NCBI RefSeq assembly: GCF_000372725.1
Contig: NW_005201392.1
Location: 1,121,184 to 1,185,183 of the forward strand
From: Emiliania huxleyi CCMP1516
Taxonomy: Eukaryota
DNA: 64,000 bases
Direction: 5' to 3'
In this document: positions 10,783-23,819 of the stretch, in pieces
How the letters are laid out: every line of letters begins with the position of its first letter
How positions within the stretch are numbered: position 1 is the stretch's first letter
Translations under genes and position numbers: made by a program
Notes under the pieces: model-generated
The model's input: only the letters and a program-made list of their open reading frames with translations
Database searches by the model: none
What the model was told of the DNA's origin: nothing

Positions 10783-13337
10783 ATGGCGGACGCGGAGCTC
10801 AACGACGACGACCTTGTCGATTACGAGGAGGTGAGCGGCGCCCACGCCACAGCGGGCGGCCCTACGCCGCGCCTCGGAAGGCGGCGAGTCGCCATCGCGC
10901 GCGCCCTTCGCGCGCGCCACCTCCCCCCCCGCCAAATAGCCGCCGCCCTCGACCCGCTGCGCGCCCTGCGCGCGCGCCTGTAGGAGGAGGCTGAGGAGAC
11001 CAAGCCGCAAGAGGAAGTCAAGAAGTGAGTCGCTGCACGCAATCTATCTCGGGATACCGCCCTCCACAAGCGGCACGTCGCTGTCGCCGCGTGGCCACCG
11101 GAGTCTTAGACGACGTCTCCACTCTCTCGCTGCCACGCGCTGGCGTCCATCGCGCCTTGCAAGCCCCTCCCCCGAGCGCGCGCGCGCGCGCGCCGTTCAC
11201 CGCGTGCCCCACCGCCCCGCCTGCCTGCCGCCGCCGCCTCCTCCTCCTCCCCGCCGCCGCCGCTCCGCCCCTGGCCGCGCGGCCGCCGCCGCCCACGCAC
11301 AACGCCCGCCGAGGGCCTCTGCGCGCGAGAAAGAGATCTCTCTCCCGTACGTGCGGCCGTCGTCAGCCGGTCCGTCGTCAGCGGGTCTCGATCTGCCGGC
11401 GGCGGGCGGACGGCGGACCCTCCGGAGGCGGGCCGCAGCGACGGCGGCGCGCTCGATTACCCCCACCACCGCTCTGCGCTCGGGCTCCTTGGGGCCGATG
11501 CTCCTCCTCCTGCTCCGCCTCTCGTCCTCCAAAATACGCTTTGGGGGCGCGGGGCGCGTGGCTCTGCTGATCGGCGTTCCTGCGCTCCGGCTCCTCCTCC
11601 TTCACTCAGGGGCGGCACCTACTCTGGCATCCACGCCTCCGGCTTCCGCGACTTTCTGCTCAAGCCCGAGCTGCTGCGCGCCGTCGTCGACTGCGGCTTC
11701 GAGCACCCCTCCGAAGTGCAGCACGAGTGCATCCCGCAGGCGCGCGCCTCCCCCCGCCCGCCCCGCCACCCCCTCCACCGCCTCCCCGCTTTCCGCCGCC
11801 GCCGCTGTGGTCCCCCCTCCCCCCTCCCCCGGCACCGGGTTCCGGCCCTACACACTCCCGTGGCGGCAGCCTACTGACCCTCCCTGTGCGCCGCCTCCCC
11901 CTAGGCCATCCTCGGCATGGACGTGATCTGCCAGGCCAAGTCGGGCATGGGCAAGACGGCCGTGTTCGTGCTCGCGACGCTCCACCAGCTGGAGGCCAAG
12001 GAGAACACCGTCTGCTGTCTCGGTGCGCCGTAGCCCACGCCCGCCACCCCCGTCCCCCCCGTCCCCCCTCCCAAGCTCCACGCGCACGGCGCACCCGCCG
12101 ACCTCGTCCGCGACCCCTCCGCAGTCCTCTGCCATGCGCGCGAGCTCGCGTACCAGATCTGCAACGAGTTCGAGCGCTTCTCGCGCTACTTGCCCGACGT
12201 CAAGACTAAGGCCACCCCCCTCCCCCCCCTCCCCCGCATCCCCTTCTCTCACCACNNNNNNNNNNNNNNNNNNNNNNNNNNNNNNNNNNNNNNNNNNNNN
12301 NNNNNNNNNNNNNNNNNNNNNNNNNNNNNNNNNNNNNNNNNNNNNNNNNNNNNNNNNNNNNNNNNNNNNNNNNNNNNNNNNNNNCTCCTTCCTCCCGCTC
12401 CCGCTCTCACTGCCCCCCCCCCCCCTCCCTCCCCTCCCTACCACCGCAGGTGATGATGTTCTCCGCCACCCTCTCGACGGACATGCGCGCCGTCTGCAAG
12501 AAGTTCATGCAGGACCCGATGGAGATCTACGTCGACGACTCCAAGCTGACGCTGCACGGCCTGCAGCAGCACTACGTCAAGCTCGCCGAGAACGAGAAGA
12601 ACCGAAAGCTCAATGAGCTCCTCGACGCGCTCGAGTTCAACCAGGCGCCAAGCCAGCGGCGTTCCCGCCCCCCCTCCCCTCCCGCTTGTCCCGCCAGCCC
12701 CACCGCTGCCGCCTCGCGCCGCCGCCCGCCGCCGCCGGCTCTCGCCCCGCCGGATCGACCGCAAGCGGCGACCCCCCTCCCCCACCTCTGTCTCAGGTGG
12801 TAGTCTTCGTCAAGTCCGTCTCGCGGGCGAACGCGCTCGACAAGCTGCTGCAGGAGTGCAACTTCCCGTCGGTGGCCATCCACGGGTCGATGAAGCAGGA
12901 GGAGCGCATCAAGCTCTACCAAAACTTCAAGGACTTCAAGCACCGCATCCTCGTCTCGACCGACATCTGGGGCCGCGGCATCGACATCGAGCGGGTCAAC
13001 ATCGTCGTCAACTACGACATGCCCGACTCGTCGGACACCTACCTGCACCGCGTCGGCCGCGCGGGCCGCTTCGGCACAAAGGGCCTCGCGATCACCTTCG
13101 CCTCCACCGACGAGGACGCGAAGATCCTCGAGGACGTGCAGTCGCGCTTCGAGGCTTGCCGCCGCCCCCCCCCCCCCGCCGCCCTCGCCGCCCTCCCCCG
13201 CCGCTCACCTCGTTGCCACCCCTCACCTCGTTGCCCTCGCTGCCACCCCTCACCTCGCCTTCGCCGCCCCTCCCCCTCAGGTGTCCATCACGCAGCTGCC
13301 AGAGACGATCGACGTCACCTCCTACATGACCGCATGA
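10783..13337 (+). CDS. UAP56: DEAD/DECD-box RNA helicase UAP56/SUB2/DDX39 (multi-exon; motif II region lost in gap 12256-12384)
   Basis: [122 protein letters not shown]. Confidence 0.97.
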
Positions 13338-14102
13338 GCCCTGTTAATCTCCGCGCGCGCACACAGCGCACGCCCTGCGCGCCTCGCGCCGCCGAGAAAC
13401 GTGTGCGTTCCGGCGGCGGTCGGGCGGGCGATCTACCGGGAGGGCGGACGCGCTGTGTGGGGGGCGACACGTCCCCGGAGGAGCCGCGCTCGCTGCGACA
13501 CCTCAAGAGTGAGCCGTGTGTTTGTGTTCTGCGAGGGCGGGCGCTTCTTTTTGCGTAATGTCTGTTTTCGTATATATTGTGGGTTATATACGGTGACGCG
13601 GTGTGTCTTTGTGTGTCGTGTGTGAGACAGTCTGAGTCTCCCGCGTCCCGGACGCCGGACAAGGCGGCTGCGCCGGGCTCCCACGCACCTCGGTCCTCGC
13701 ACCTCGCACGGCGTGTGAGGTGTGTGTACTCTGTACACACCGCGCAGATCACAGTGTAAAGAGTACGTGCGTGGCGACAGAGCTAAAGTTTTCCCCCTCT
13801 ACGTATACGATGCTCTGATCTGGCTCTGATAGTCTAAAGCCACACGAGCTACGACGTACGAGAGCGTCGAGAGCCGCGCAGGGCCGATGCGAGCATGCTC
13901 CATGCACTTGCAGGTGCGCGAGTCCCTAGGCGAGTCCGGTCTCGGCGGGCACACTCCGGACTCCAGGGTGTGCGGTCGGACCGGTCGGAGTCTGCATCCG
14001 CACGCCGACTTCGACTCCACGCGGTCGCGCGGACTCCGCTCTCCGGAAACCAGACGAAACCCAGACGGCGGCTAGTCATCTCGTCGCTTGCGGGTCGACC
14101 GG

Positions 14103-16726
14103 TCAGCATCGCTGCGCCTGCTCGAGGAGCGCCGTGCCGTGCAGGCTCCAGCGCGCAATGTCCGAGGGCTCGATCGTGTACGCCAGCCCGGGCGGCGCGT
14201 ACCTGCGCACAGACACGCCGGGGGAAGGATGGGCGGCGTGCGAATCGACTACGGCGCGACGGGGTTTGGGAAGGGGGGGGGTTGACTCCCCAGCGCACCC
14301 CGGCCCCTTGAGCGTGAAGAAGTAGAATGGGCGGTCGGCGGGAGCGGTGTTTGCCGATCCGCGATGCAGCAAATGGAGCGCGTACACCGCCACTGACCCG
14401 GCCGGAAGAGCGAGCCGTAGCCTCGGCCCGCCGACCGCCGCCGCCGCGCCGCCCGCGGTGGCGCTGCCGCCTGCCGCGACGCGCCGGTCGAACGAGGTTG
14501 TCTCAGGCGCCGCGGGGTCGAAGCGGTGCGAGCCGGGGCTCACCTAAAGGGCAAGGCCAGAGGCCAGGTAGCCGTCGCTCTCCGCGGCTCTTGCATCTCC
14601 ACACCCAGGGGCAAGCCAGGCAGGAGCTGCCACGGCATCCAGAGTGCAAGCCCCGGGGGGAGAGTCGCACCTCCAGCACGCCCTGCTCGGCGCAAGTGTC
14701 GACCAGCGCGACCTGCAGCGAGGCCGCGAGCGACGACGCCGAGACGACGCCGGGCGCCACGTCACGGTGGAAAGCCTGCGCCTCTGCGCCCGGTCGCGTC
14801 ACCATAAAGCCCGACTCCATCAGCGCGAGAGCGCCGCCGCCGCCCAGCGCCGCCGAGAGGAAGGGGCCGATGCGCTGCGCAACCTCGCCGAGCGCCTCTC
14901 TCGCCGCGCTCACGGGCAGCGCCTTGTGGCTGCGCGTGCCGCGCTTGGCGTTGCGCGTGACGAGGGTGTAGTCGGTGGCGCCTAGTACCATACCTCCAGA
15001 GCATCGAATCCAGTGTGGGTTCAGTACCATGGGTGGTGTGGTAGCAGTCAGTGGCGCCGTCGTCTGCCTCGGCCGCTCGGACGGCGGAGAGCAGCGCCTC
15101 CGTCGCGTGCGGCGTGAGAAGCTTCTCAAAGACAACCACGCCGTTCCGCCGCCACAGAGAAAGCGCCGCGTCCGCCGCCGCCGCCACCTCCGCCTCGCTC
15201 GCCCCCGGCGGCGGCAGCGGCGCGATCAGCGCGGCGACGCTCTCGCCCGGCGGCGCGTCCGCCTCCCCAAACGTACCTGCCTGCGGCGCGGGGCCGCCCT
15301 CGGGCACGGCCCCGTCGTAGGCGGCGTGCGTGGCGGCGTTTGTGTTGTCCGGCGCCAGCTGCAGCACCGCGCGGTAAAAGTCGATCGCGCTGCGCCCGCC
15401 CAGCTCGGGGCACGGCCCGTGCTCGCCCCACATGTGCAGCCCCTCGGCGACGGCGAGGTTCGCACCGACATGCTCCGGGCTCAACTTGAGCGCCTCGCCG
15501 TACGTGCGCGCGAGGAACGCGGCGTAGTGGCGCCGCTGCGCCTCGGAGCCGGCGCCGCCCGCCGGCGCGGTGTACGCCTTGGGAGGGTCCCCGAGCTCAT
15601 TACCCGAGAGCACCCGGCATTGCGCGCCGCCCGACCGGCGCGGCACACGCCTTCCCCATCCCTATGTGCGCGTCTACGCTCCGCGGATTCAGCGCGAGCG
15701 CAGCGGCGTACGCGTCCCGCGACTCGCGCATCCGGTTGAGCCGGCGCAGCATCGAGCCGAGGTTGCAGTACACGCCGTCGTCTGGCGCCTAACCTCGGGT
15801 GGTCTCGATCTCGCGTGATCTCGTGTATCTCCCTGCAGTGCACGCCGCCGCGCCAGCTGCAGCGACCGCTTCCAGTGCGTCTCCGCCGCCTCGTACTCGC
15901 CCCTCTCCTCGGCGCAGTTGCCCGAGGAGGCCCACGTCAGCGCGTGCTCCGGCCTCAGCTTGCGCGAGACGGCGTAGCTCGCCTGCGCCATGGAGACACC
16001 AGAGTCGGGGCGTGATCGCGGTGTGTGTGCAGCGTGTTCCGCAGGCTTCGTGTACGACGAGTGTGCAGCGGAGTGCCGTGGAGTGCCGTGGAGTCAAGGA
16101 CATGTATTCAGCATGTAGCGGCTCGCCTCCGCCTCCTCGGGGCGCCCGAGCCGCATGTTGCAGTCCGCCACGCCCAGGTGCGCCTTTGCGTCCTGCGGAG
16201 ACAGCCGCACCGCCGCCTCCATGCAAGGCAGCGCGCCCTTGGCGTCGCCACGCGTCAACCTCAGCGCGCCGCGGTTGTAGTGGGCGCCGCCGTCGTCCGG
16301 CACCAGAGCGAGACACGCCCCGTACGCCGCGTCGGCCTCGTCTGGCTGACTCGCGTCGGTCAGCGCGTTGGCGAGGTTGAATTGCGAATCTGCCTTCGCC
16401 TTGTCGTCCGGTGCCAGCTCGACAGCCTTCCGGAAGGCGTCCGCAGCCTTGGCCGGGTCGGAGGGCTGCAAAGAGAGACCGTAATTGGTTAGCACCGGCC
16501 AGGCGCCCTGCAGTGGTGGGTGCAGCTCCATCGCCATCCGGTACAGCTCGGCAGCCTCGCCAAGCTGATCTCGCTGCTGCGCCTCGACTGCAGCCTGCAA
16601 ACGCTTTTTCCACACATCAGAGAGCTCGCCAGGGCTCTGTCCGCCACGCAGCCGGAGGAGCTGAGTTGGATGAGCGAGGCAGGCGCGGCGCGGCGACGAG
16701 AGGGCGAGCAGCCATAGCATGCACAT
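14103..16726 (-). CDS. Signal-peptide TPR-repeat protein with C-terminal PhyH-like 2OG-Fe(II) dioxygenase domain (multi-exon)
   Basis: TPR consensus segments (AFRKAVELAPD, QFNLANAL, AHYNRGAL); W..NGVVVFEKLL, PGAEAQAFHRD (HxD), LQVALVD, G.LEV.PGSH, AGSVAVY..HLLHRGSAN. Confidence 0.85.
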
Positions 16727-16848
16727 CGCTATGAAAAGAATTTAACGTTTCTCCCGGCCCAGTGGGGATTTTGGCCTACTCAGTGACGTCTAGGGGCCCT
16801 AAATGGCCTGCAATGCCATATCTTTTGTGCCTAGCTTGTAGAGCACCT

Positions 16849-17017
16849 TAAAAAAGTACTTTGTCTTGGAGTGAAAAGTTTTTCGATGAGGTGGGGATCC
16901 GTGGTGAGCCGATTCCCAGATTCTCCAGATTCCCCCTCGAAAACCGCGCCTTTTAATTCACTGCGGCCGCGGGCTTTCTCGGACTACTTTTCACTCGAAG
17001 ACAAAGTAGTTTTTTAA
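16849..17017. repeat. AT-rich imperfect inverted repeat (MITE-like remnant)
   Basis: AAAAAAGTACTTTGTCTTGGAGTGAAAAGT pairs with ACTTTTCACTCGAAGACAAAGTAGTTTTTT (~30 bp, 2 mismatches). Confidence 0.6.
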
Positions 17018-17546
17018 TATTACGGTACCTACAAAAAATATCCGAGATCATATGGAGCTCACCACAGGGTTTGCGGCGGTCATTGTCCTACCAGCGGGCA
17101 CAGTGGGCCGCGGACACCCGTGAATGACCTTAAGCGAAAAGTCTGCCACGTTGCCTCGTACGCGGCCCGATGGGGAGGTTGGGGGACTACGGGGACGGCG
17201 TCTTACACAACTGTTGGGAGTGTGAATACCCCACTCGTGTATACAGAGAGATGTCCCTGTTGGGTACTGTCCGAGAGTCGAGATGACTCGCAAGCTGACT
17301 AAAAAGACTATTGGGACGACGGTCGACGCGTGCCGCAGCAGCACACTGATTCACGCCAGCAGATCCGGCCAGGCTTCGGTCTCCTCCTGAACAAGTTCCT
17401 CTTGTAGCTCGATCGGTCACACACCGCCATCGCCGTCGGGGAGAGGGGGGACGACACTGCTCCAGCAGCGTGCACCTCGATCCTGTACCGTGTTTGTTAT
17501 GACCCCCCCCAATGAACACACCAGTGAGGGAGGGCGAGACGATCGA

Positions 17547-17825
17547 GGGGTCCCGTACCATGCGGAATCGACCCTATCCAGTGCTCAAGTGCTCAAGATG
17601 TATGTGGCGGCATGAGCAGCATGCTTGGGGGTGGGACCAGGAGAGGGATTGTGTGGGCCCTGCGGTGCGCTGCCGCGCGCGGGCACCCCCCCGCGAACGC
17701 GGGCGCACCGCAGGCAGGGAGGGATGGCTCTCGCGCTTCGCCGCAGCGAACGTACGTCCTCAACGACGTGAACAGTCCCTGGAATCCAATGTCCATAGGG
17801 TCGATTCCGCATGGTACGGGACCCC
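17547..17825. mobile_element. 279 bp segment bounded by perfect 31 bp inverted repeats
   Basis: GGGGTCCCGTACCATGCGGAATCGACCCTAT at 17547-17577 and its exact reverse complement at 17795-17825. A partial copy lies at 3487-3572. Confidence 0.7.
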
Positions 17826-17970
17826 ATGAACACCCCAGTGCACATGCCGTCCGCCACACGGGCTGCCATCGGCATGCACAAGGCGCAAGCTCACCGAACG
17901 GTGGGAGGTGTACGCGACCCATAGAAGAAATCGGGCCGTGTCGTTCCCTCCGCTGGAGAGAGGTCCATCA

Positions 17971-19505
17971 CATAGTCTGAGGGTATCCTAAAAGTTCGGC
18001 CGATTTGGGTCAAAACGCTAAAAGCACCCACGTGGGTAGATTTGGGGCAAAACGACAAAAGTGGTGAAAGTCGCACTATGCTTTCGTGCAGCCGGGGATT
18101 TAGCCAAAGTGACCCATTGCGCAGCACATGACGACCGCCCACCGCTTGTGCAAGCGTGATCACTCGCTGCTGCACTGGCTGCTGCTGCTGCACTGGCTGC
18201 TGCTGCTGTGCACTGGCTGCTGCTGCACCTGACCCAGCGCGTGAAGGCACTTGCCGAGGCTGCTGTACGCGTCTGCACGTTTGGCCGCGTATCTTGGCTA
18301 AGATACGCGCCGGCACAGAATGACACTTATTAGGCCCCGCCCGCCGAGCTCGATGCGCGGCAGCGGGTGAGGGCGGCTATTCTCCCACGAGGCAGCCAAG
18401 GATACACAGTCCCTCGTGTCGCGCGTGTAAGTCCCGGTTGCCGTGCGCGCCAGCGCGTGTGGCCCTGTGGCCGCGTACCTTAGCTAAGATACGCGCGCAC
18501 GGGCGTGGGTGGGTAAAAACGGGTCACTTTGCGGGGTTTGCCCTTACGAGGAGAACAGGGAGATCTCTCTCTCTCTCTCTCTCGTACGTACGCTCTCTAG
18601 TAAGCTTAAAAGTACGTACGCTAAGTCCTAAGAAGTACAACTGACTGAGAGAGAGAGCTAAAGAGGGCCAGAAGATCGACCATGCGCAGTAGTGGTGTAC
18701 AGTGTACAGCTGTGTTACTGTACACACACAAGTGTTATACAAGTGTCACACACAGAAGGTCAAGGTGGACGCTTGTGTACAGCTAGCTGTGCACAGACAC
18801 GCCCTTCAACTCCAAACGTTCTAGCTTCTACGTACTATACGTGACAGGCGGACACCTGATCAGGGGGGTCGCAAGATAAGCGCGCTGTTTGTCGGTGTGC
18901 AGGGGGGGGTACCGAGCAGTGTGCGGCCGCTCTTTAGCATTTCTCAAAAACTTCCTCGGCGCTGGCGGCGCGCCGGGACCCGGGGGGGGGGGGGGGGAGG
19001 GGGGTGCCTAAAGGGTGCCTCGTGCTGGGCTGGGCTGGGGCGCGCCAGCGACACAAGGCACAGGGCTCAGGGGACCGTTCTAAACTAATCAAAATTCGCT
19101 CAAACCGGACGACCTTTGGCAAAGGGGCTGGGAATGCTGCTGTAGTAAGTAGTAGCTATCGTCCCGCAAAGTAGTCCCGCACACTATGCTCTATGGCTAG
19201 GAGCGTGGCGAGGCCCTCTCGGGCAACTCGCAGTGAAGGCGTGGCTGCGCCGCCGGCTGCACGCCGCTATAGTGAGCGAGTATTTGTGGAGAGAGCGGCC
19301 GCGGGCGCCGCCGGAGAGGAAGAATCAATGTCCAAAATTTTCGCGCGCCTGCGGCGCGCGACTTTTTTTACCACTTTGCCCGGGCGCCAGCTTTTGTCAG
19401 TTTTGTCGTTTTCTCGAGGTCGTTTTGCCCCAAGTCTACTGCGCGCAGTGCTTTTTAGCGTTTTGACCCAAATCGGCCGAACTTTGAGCATACCCTCAGA
19501 CTATG
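17971..19505. mobile_element. Non-autonomous DNA transposon-like element with ~85 bp imperfect TIRs beginning CATAG
   Basis: CATAGTCTGAGGGTAT..AAAGTTCGGCCGATTTGGGTCAAAACGCTAAAA..TTGGGGCAAAACGAC at both ends in inverted orientation. No coding content and no clear TSD. Confidence 0.7.
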
Positions 19506-20099
19506 GTTTTCGTAAACCGATTTTTATAGATTATAGTATGATATTAAAGTGAAAACAACCGGCGCCAGATATCGGGCGCGAACACCGCGATGTCGCTGCT
19601 GAGATCGCTCACGTCCGGCACAATGCTCGTGTCGCCAGGCAAGCTCTACCTCGGCAGCATCGATGCTGCAAGGCTGACTCGTCGACACGGCTCAGCGCAC
19701 GGTCGTCGGCTGCGGCGCCGTCAGCTACGAGACCATCAAGTCGGACGAGCGTCCCCGACCACCACACAGAGACCAAATGTCCACGAAGGGCTCGGTCAAA
19801 CCCCCCTCTCCCCTTGAGCTAGTCAGTGTGGCGGGGGGGCTGGTACAGCCGCTGCCTTGTCGCCGTCTGCCGCACGACGCTCCCGCTCTCGGCGGCGCGG
19901 AAGGCACGAGCCTGGGAGATGGGAAGGTGACGTGTAAACTTGCCGCTTGGGGCGCATGGGCGGTCTTGCGCGCTGTTGTTTCGCGCCGAGTCGGACCTCT
20001 CCTTGGACTGGTGAGTAGGCGTGCGGCCTCCGTTTTGAGCCTGCGCGCCGGCGGACGGCACTTGAGGAGCAGGGGGGGCGTGGAGGATGGAGGTGTCGA

Positions 20100-20970
20100 C
20101 ACGTTCGCTGCGCCTCAGGGATGCCGAGACAAGCGCAGCAGACAACTGCCGCCGCGGCCACGCCGAGCACACCGAAGGCAAGGAGACCGAGACCGCCCCG
20201 CGTGTGGCCCGGAGGGTGCGCGTCGATGTGCCCAGCGATAAGCTGCTGCCTGCGGCGGTTCCGGCCCTCGCCTCGTCAAGAGGCGCGCGCCGCGCGCGCG
20301 ACGTGCGGGGATGGCAGCCGGGGTGGGGGGAGCGGCGATTAAGATGGGTCCCCAGGATCCTCGCGATTGAGATGGGTCCACAGGATCCTCGCGATTGAGA
20401 TGGGTCCACAGGATCCTCGCGAAGTGATGTCTGTCTGGCAGGTGTGTTTCGGCCCCTCGCGCGCCGGTAGCTGCAAGTCAGGTTGGCGCAGTACTCGTGC
20501 TCCAGCTGGGCAAACAGGGGCCCAAAGGCGCACGAGTGCATGAGCGCCGCGCAGTGCTCGCGCCGCACGGCGAGTGCGCCCTCAGTGCACGCGGCGGCCG
20601 CGTCGCCCAGCCGCTTGACCCACGACGGGCAGCGCAGCAGGTCGCACTCGTCGGCGAGGCACGAGGTGGCGCCGGCGGGAGAGGCGTCGGCGTGCTTGCG
20701 GTGCATATGCAGGTCGAGGTGGCGCTCGGACCGGAACTGCTTGCCGCAGAGCCCGCACTTCCACACCGCGCCGCTCAGCCGCCGCTTGGCTGCCTCGTGC
20801 GCCGCGAGCACGTCGTTGTGTGGCGAGAGCGGGCACGACGGGGCCAGCTCGCCGTGGCCAGCCTCCTCAGAGAGCGTGACGATATGCGTCTGGACGATGC
20901 GCCGCGCCTCGCGCGACTCGGGGCGGCTGCACGGCGTGTTCTCGTCCGGATGCGGCGAGGACCCGACCAT
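20100..20970 (-). CDS. Cys-rich C2H2 zinc-finger protein (3' end approximate)
   Basis: CSRPESREARRI, CPL...ND, WKCGLCGKQFRSERHLDLHMHRKH, CLADECDLLRC. Intron with a ~29 bp tandem repeat at ~20333-20420. Confidence 0.7.
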
Positions 20971-21099
20971 CGTAGCCGACTATTTGGGCAGCCTCGCGAG
21001 CCAAAAATTCAGTGCGCCGCACGTGTGTGTGTGTGTTTGTGTTTTGTGTGTGTACGTACGTACTTTTAGCTTACTGGGAGAAAAGAGAGAGGGGGTTGT

Positions 21100-21104
<5 letters not shown>

Positions 21105-21166
<62 letters not shown>
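21105..21166. repeat. (TG)n microsatellite
   Basis: About 30 uninterrupted TG units. Confidence 0.95.
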
Positions 21167-21169
<3 letters not shown>

Positions 21170-21489
21170 TCGCCGACTAAAGCGCCGAGCACGCCCCTGA
21201 TGGCTCGCACAAGGTCGAGAACCTCGTGGCGCGCGTCGTGGGCGGCCCCCCCACCGCGCTCGACGGCGTCCTTTTCGGTGGTGTGCTTGCGAGCTTTTTT
21301 TTCGCACGGGAAGCATTTTTAGTAGTCGGAAACGTGAATTGCGCGACTAGGCCGGGTGCACCAATACTACCGCTTTTTACTTCCGATCAAGTCTACACAT
21401 CAACGTCCCCTCGACCACCGCGCTCCCGGTCCCCAGTCCCGGTCCCGGGGTAGACCTAGAACGCTCTCTACCGGCCCCCAGGGCCGACT

Positions 21490-23676
21490 ATGTCTGTCAC
21501 TCAGGGTCGGCATGGCCAAGGGAAATGCGCCGCCTCGCGGCTTGATTTTGACGCGATTCAGCAGCAGCTGCGGCACTCTGTGCGGGAAAGGGGAGGCAAG
21601 CAAACGTTCGACAGCCAGCTCGACCTCCTCGAGTTCGTCTGTGTTGACCAGGAGACCATCATCGTGTACGACCCGCGTAAGCTCAAGGAGACGGGGCGAG
21701 GGACCGCTGCTGACCGTCCCTCCCTACCGGCCTTAGCGCCTTACTCCAAAAGCTATCCCGATGGCACCACCTTTTCACACCGCGAGCTTTGAACAGGAAC
21801 TCGACTTTTCAGACCTGCTCTACTACTTCCGGCCGGCGTCCGTACGCGCGGCGCACGAGTCCCTTGGCACTAAGTCGCCGCTCTCCCTCCAAGCACACGC
21901 TGGGACGCCCACGTCGCTCGTGATGGGCCGGCTTCTCAAGTCCCCCGAGGTCCATGGCTTGGACATCCGACTGGCGAGCCCTCAGGAGGTGGAGGGGAAA
22001 GTAAACTTTACGGCATGCACAGTGCCCATCCTGATCGCATCGATGTGGCCGAATACGCTTTGCGAGTTCTTCGCCCGCGTCCCGCCCGCGTATAACCACT
22101 ACCTACAAAAGGGCGTCCTCTCGCGCGACCTTTCCATTGTGCTGTGGTCGCCGCTCAAGCTACCGCTAACGCAGTTCAACCGCGGCATCATGCGGGCCTT
22201 CTCTCACTTCGAGCCAACCGACTTCGCCGATTTCTCGGCTCGCAAGCCTCCGGACGCGCCGAGCACGAGCACGTACGAGGGGAGGCACGTCCGCTGCTTC
22301 CGCCGTCTGCTTGTCTGGAAGACGAACCGCGACTTCAAGGCAATGCTGCCCAGGACGGGAAAGGAGGCGGACGCGTTGCATAGCAGCGTTTCTACCGACC
22401 CCCATAAATCTTCAGTGATCTCCCCATCTCCTCGCCCAGGTAATGCGCTACTACCTGCCTATGCTGAAGCATGTCCCGCCCTTCTGGGCGGTGCTACCCC
22501 CGGGCTGATACGATTCAAGATGTGGACGGCGTCGCTTTCCACCATCCACCCGCGAATAGGTGGATCCACCGGCGGCTCGCCCACTGCGCGTCCTCATCGA
22601 GCAGCGCTCTGCCGCCGCAACGAGGCAGCTACTGCGCTTCGACGCGCTGCTCGAGAACTGCGATCGTGCCCGCGCCGTCAGCTTCCCCGCAGGCATTTCG
22701 GACTGCACCTCTTCCCTACGTTTGCTTCTTCTCAGACAGATCGTCCATCCCCATGCAGGGCTGACGGGGGCGACCGGCGGTCAGCCCGTGGAGTGCCGCC
22801 CCTACAGCTTCGGTTCGCGCCCCTTTGCGCATGACCTGGCCGTGCTCAAGGACACTGATGTGATGGTCGGCACGCACGGGTCCCCGATGCATGCTCCGGA
22901 AGTCTCACGCAGTGAGTGAATAGCGTCTCCTCACGGGTGCAGCAGTGAACAGGTCCGCCGAGATGAATGCCGTGTTCACGCGGGTCGGCACCTCCGTCGT
23001 CGAGGTGAGAGGCAACAACGCCACGAAGTCGTACGCCAACAACTGGCACCCTGCGGTTTCGCGCTTCTCGGGCTTCGACTACTTTTGGTGGGGAATCATC
23101 GTGCAGGACCCGAGCATGGTCAGCGTCTCGCGGCTCGAGTCGAAGGGCGGCTTCTACGCTGACTCGAGCAGCTCTTGGAAGTCGGCCATGTTCCGAAAGC
23201 GGGATCAGAACGTCGAGCTAAGAGGCGGGCTTGAGAATTTTCCCTGGGCAGTTCTCTTACCTGGGGCGCGTGAATAGGTCGAGCTTCGATGGGAGCACCT
23301 CGCGCCGGTCCTCGGGGAGATCGCCTCCATCGGTAGAAACGCGAAGGCCTACAGCAAGCTCTTCGGCACCGACATGGAGTTCTTTGGCAGCGCGCAGCAC
23401 CGAGGCGTCGTCTTCGAGGTGATGCCCGGCGGTCGCTTGCGGCGACACAAGGGCTACGACAAGAGCGACATGGCGCCCGACACGGAGCCCGAAGGGGGAT
23501 GGGCGGCAGGGGCAGCCACCCGTCAACCCAAGCGCCCCAAGCTGCAGCCCATGCGATGGCCCACGCCAAACACGCCACAGCCAGCTTCGCCGAAGCCAGC
23601 GCCAAAGGCAAAGCCCAAGCCTGCTTCGAAGTCCGCGCCGAAGCCAAAGCCAACGGCGCGCAGTACACATGCTTGA
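21490..23676 (+). CDS. Glycosyltransferase family 61-like protein (multi-exon; true start may be upstream)
   Basis: FVCVDQETIIVYD, RCFRRLLV, PLRVLIEQR..RQLL..DALLE.C, DL.VL..TDVMVGTHG|SAEMNAVF...GTSVVEV, RDQN|VELRWE. Confidence 0.75.
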
Positions 23677-23819
23677 CGGGGCATGCGTTGCCTGCCGTTG
23701 TCGTGCATTTTTCGCGTGGAGGCTAGAGCGAGGATATACTAAGTAGGGTTTTGGTAGGTTTCTTTTCTGATGGTAATAAAATTCTTTGTTTAGGCGCCGC
23801 CCAAGCTCGTGCGCGTCCA

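Noticed and set aside
9061..18932. 36 bp inverted pair (9061-9095 and 18897-18932) as TIRs of a 9.9 kb gene-carrying transposon
   Set aside because: No TSD, and the right copy lies inside another TIR element; more simply two dispersed fragments
19590..19770. PGKLYLGSIDAA resembling a dual-specificity phosphatase N-terminus
   Set aside because: No catalytic HCxxGxxR exon found; too short to call
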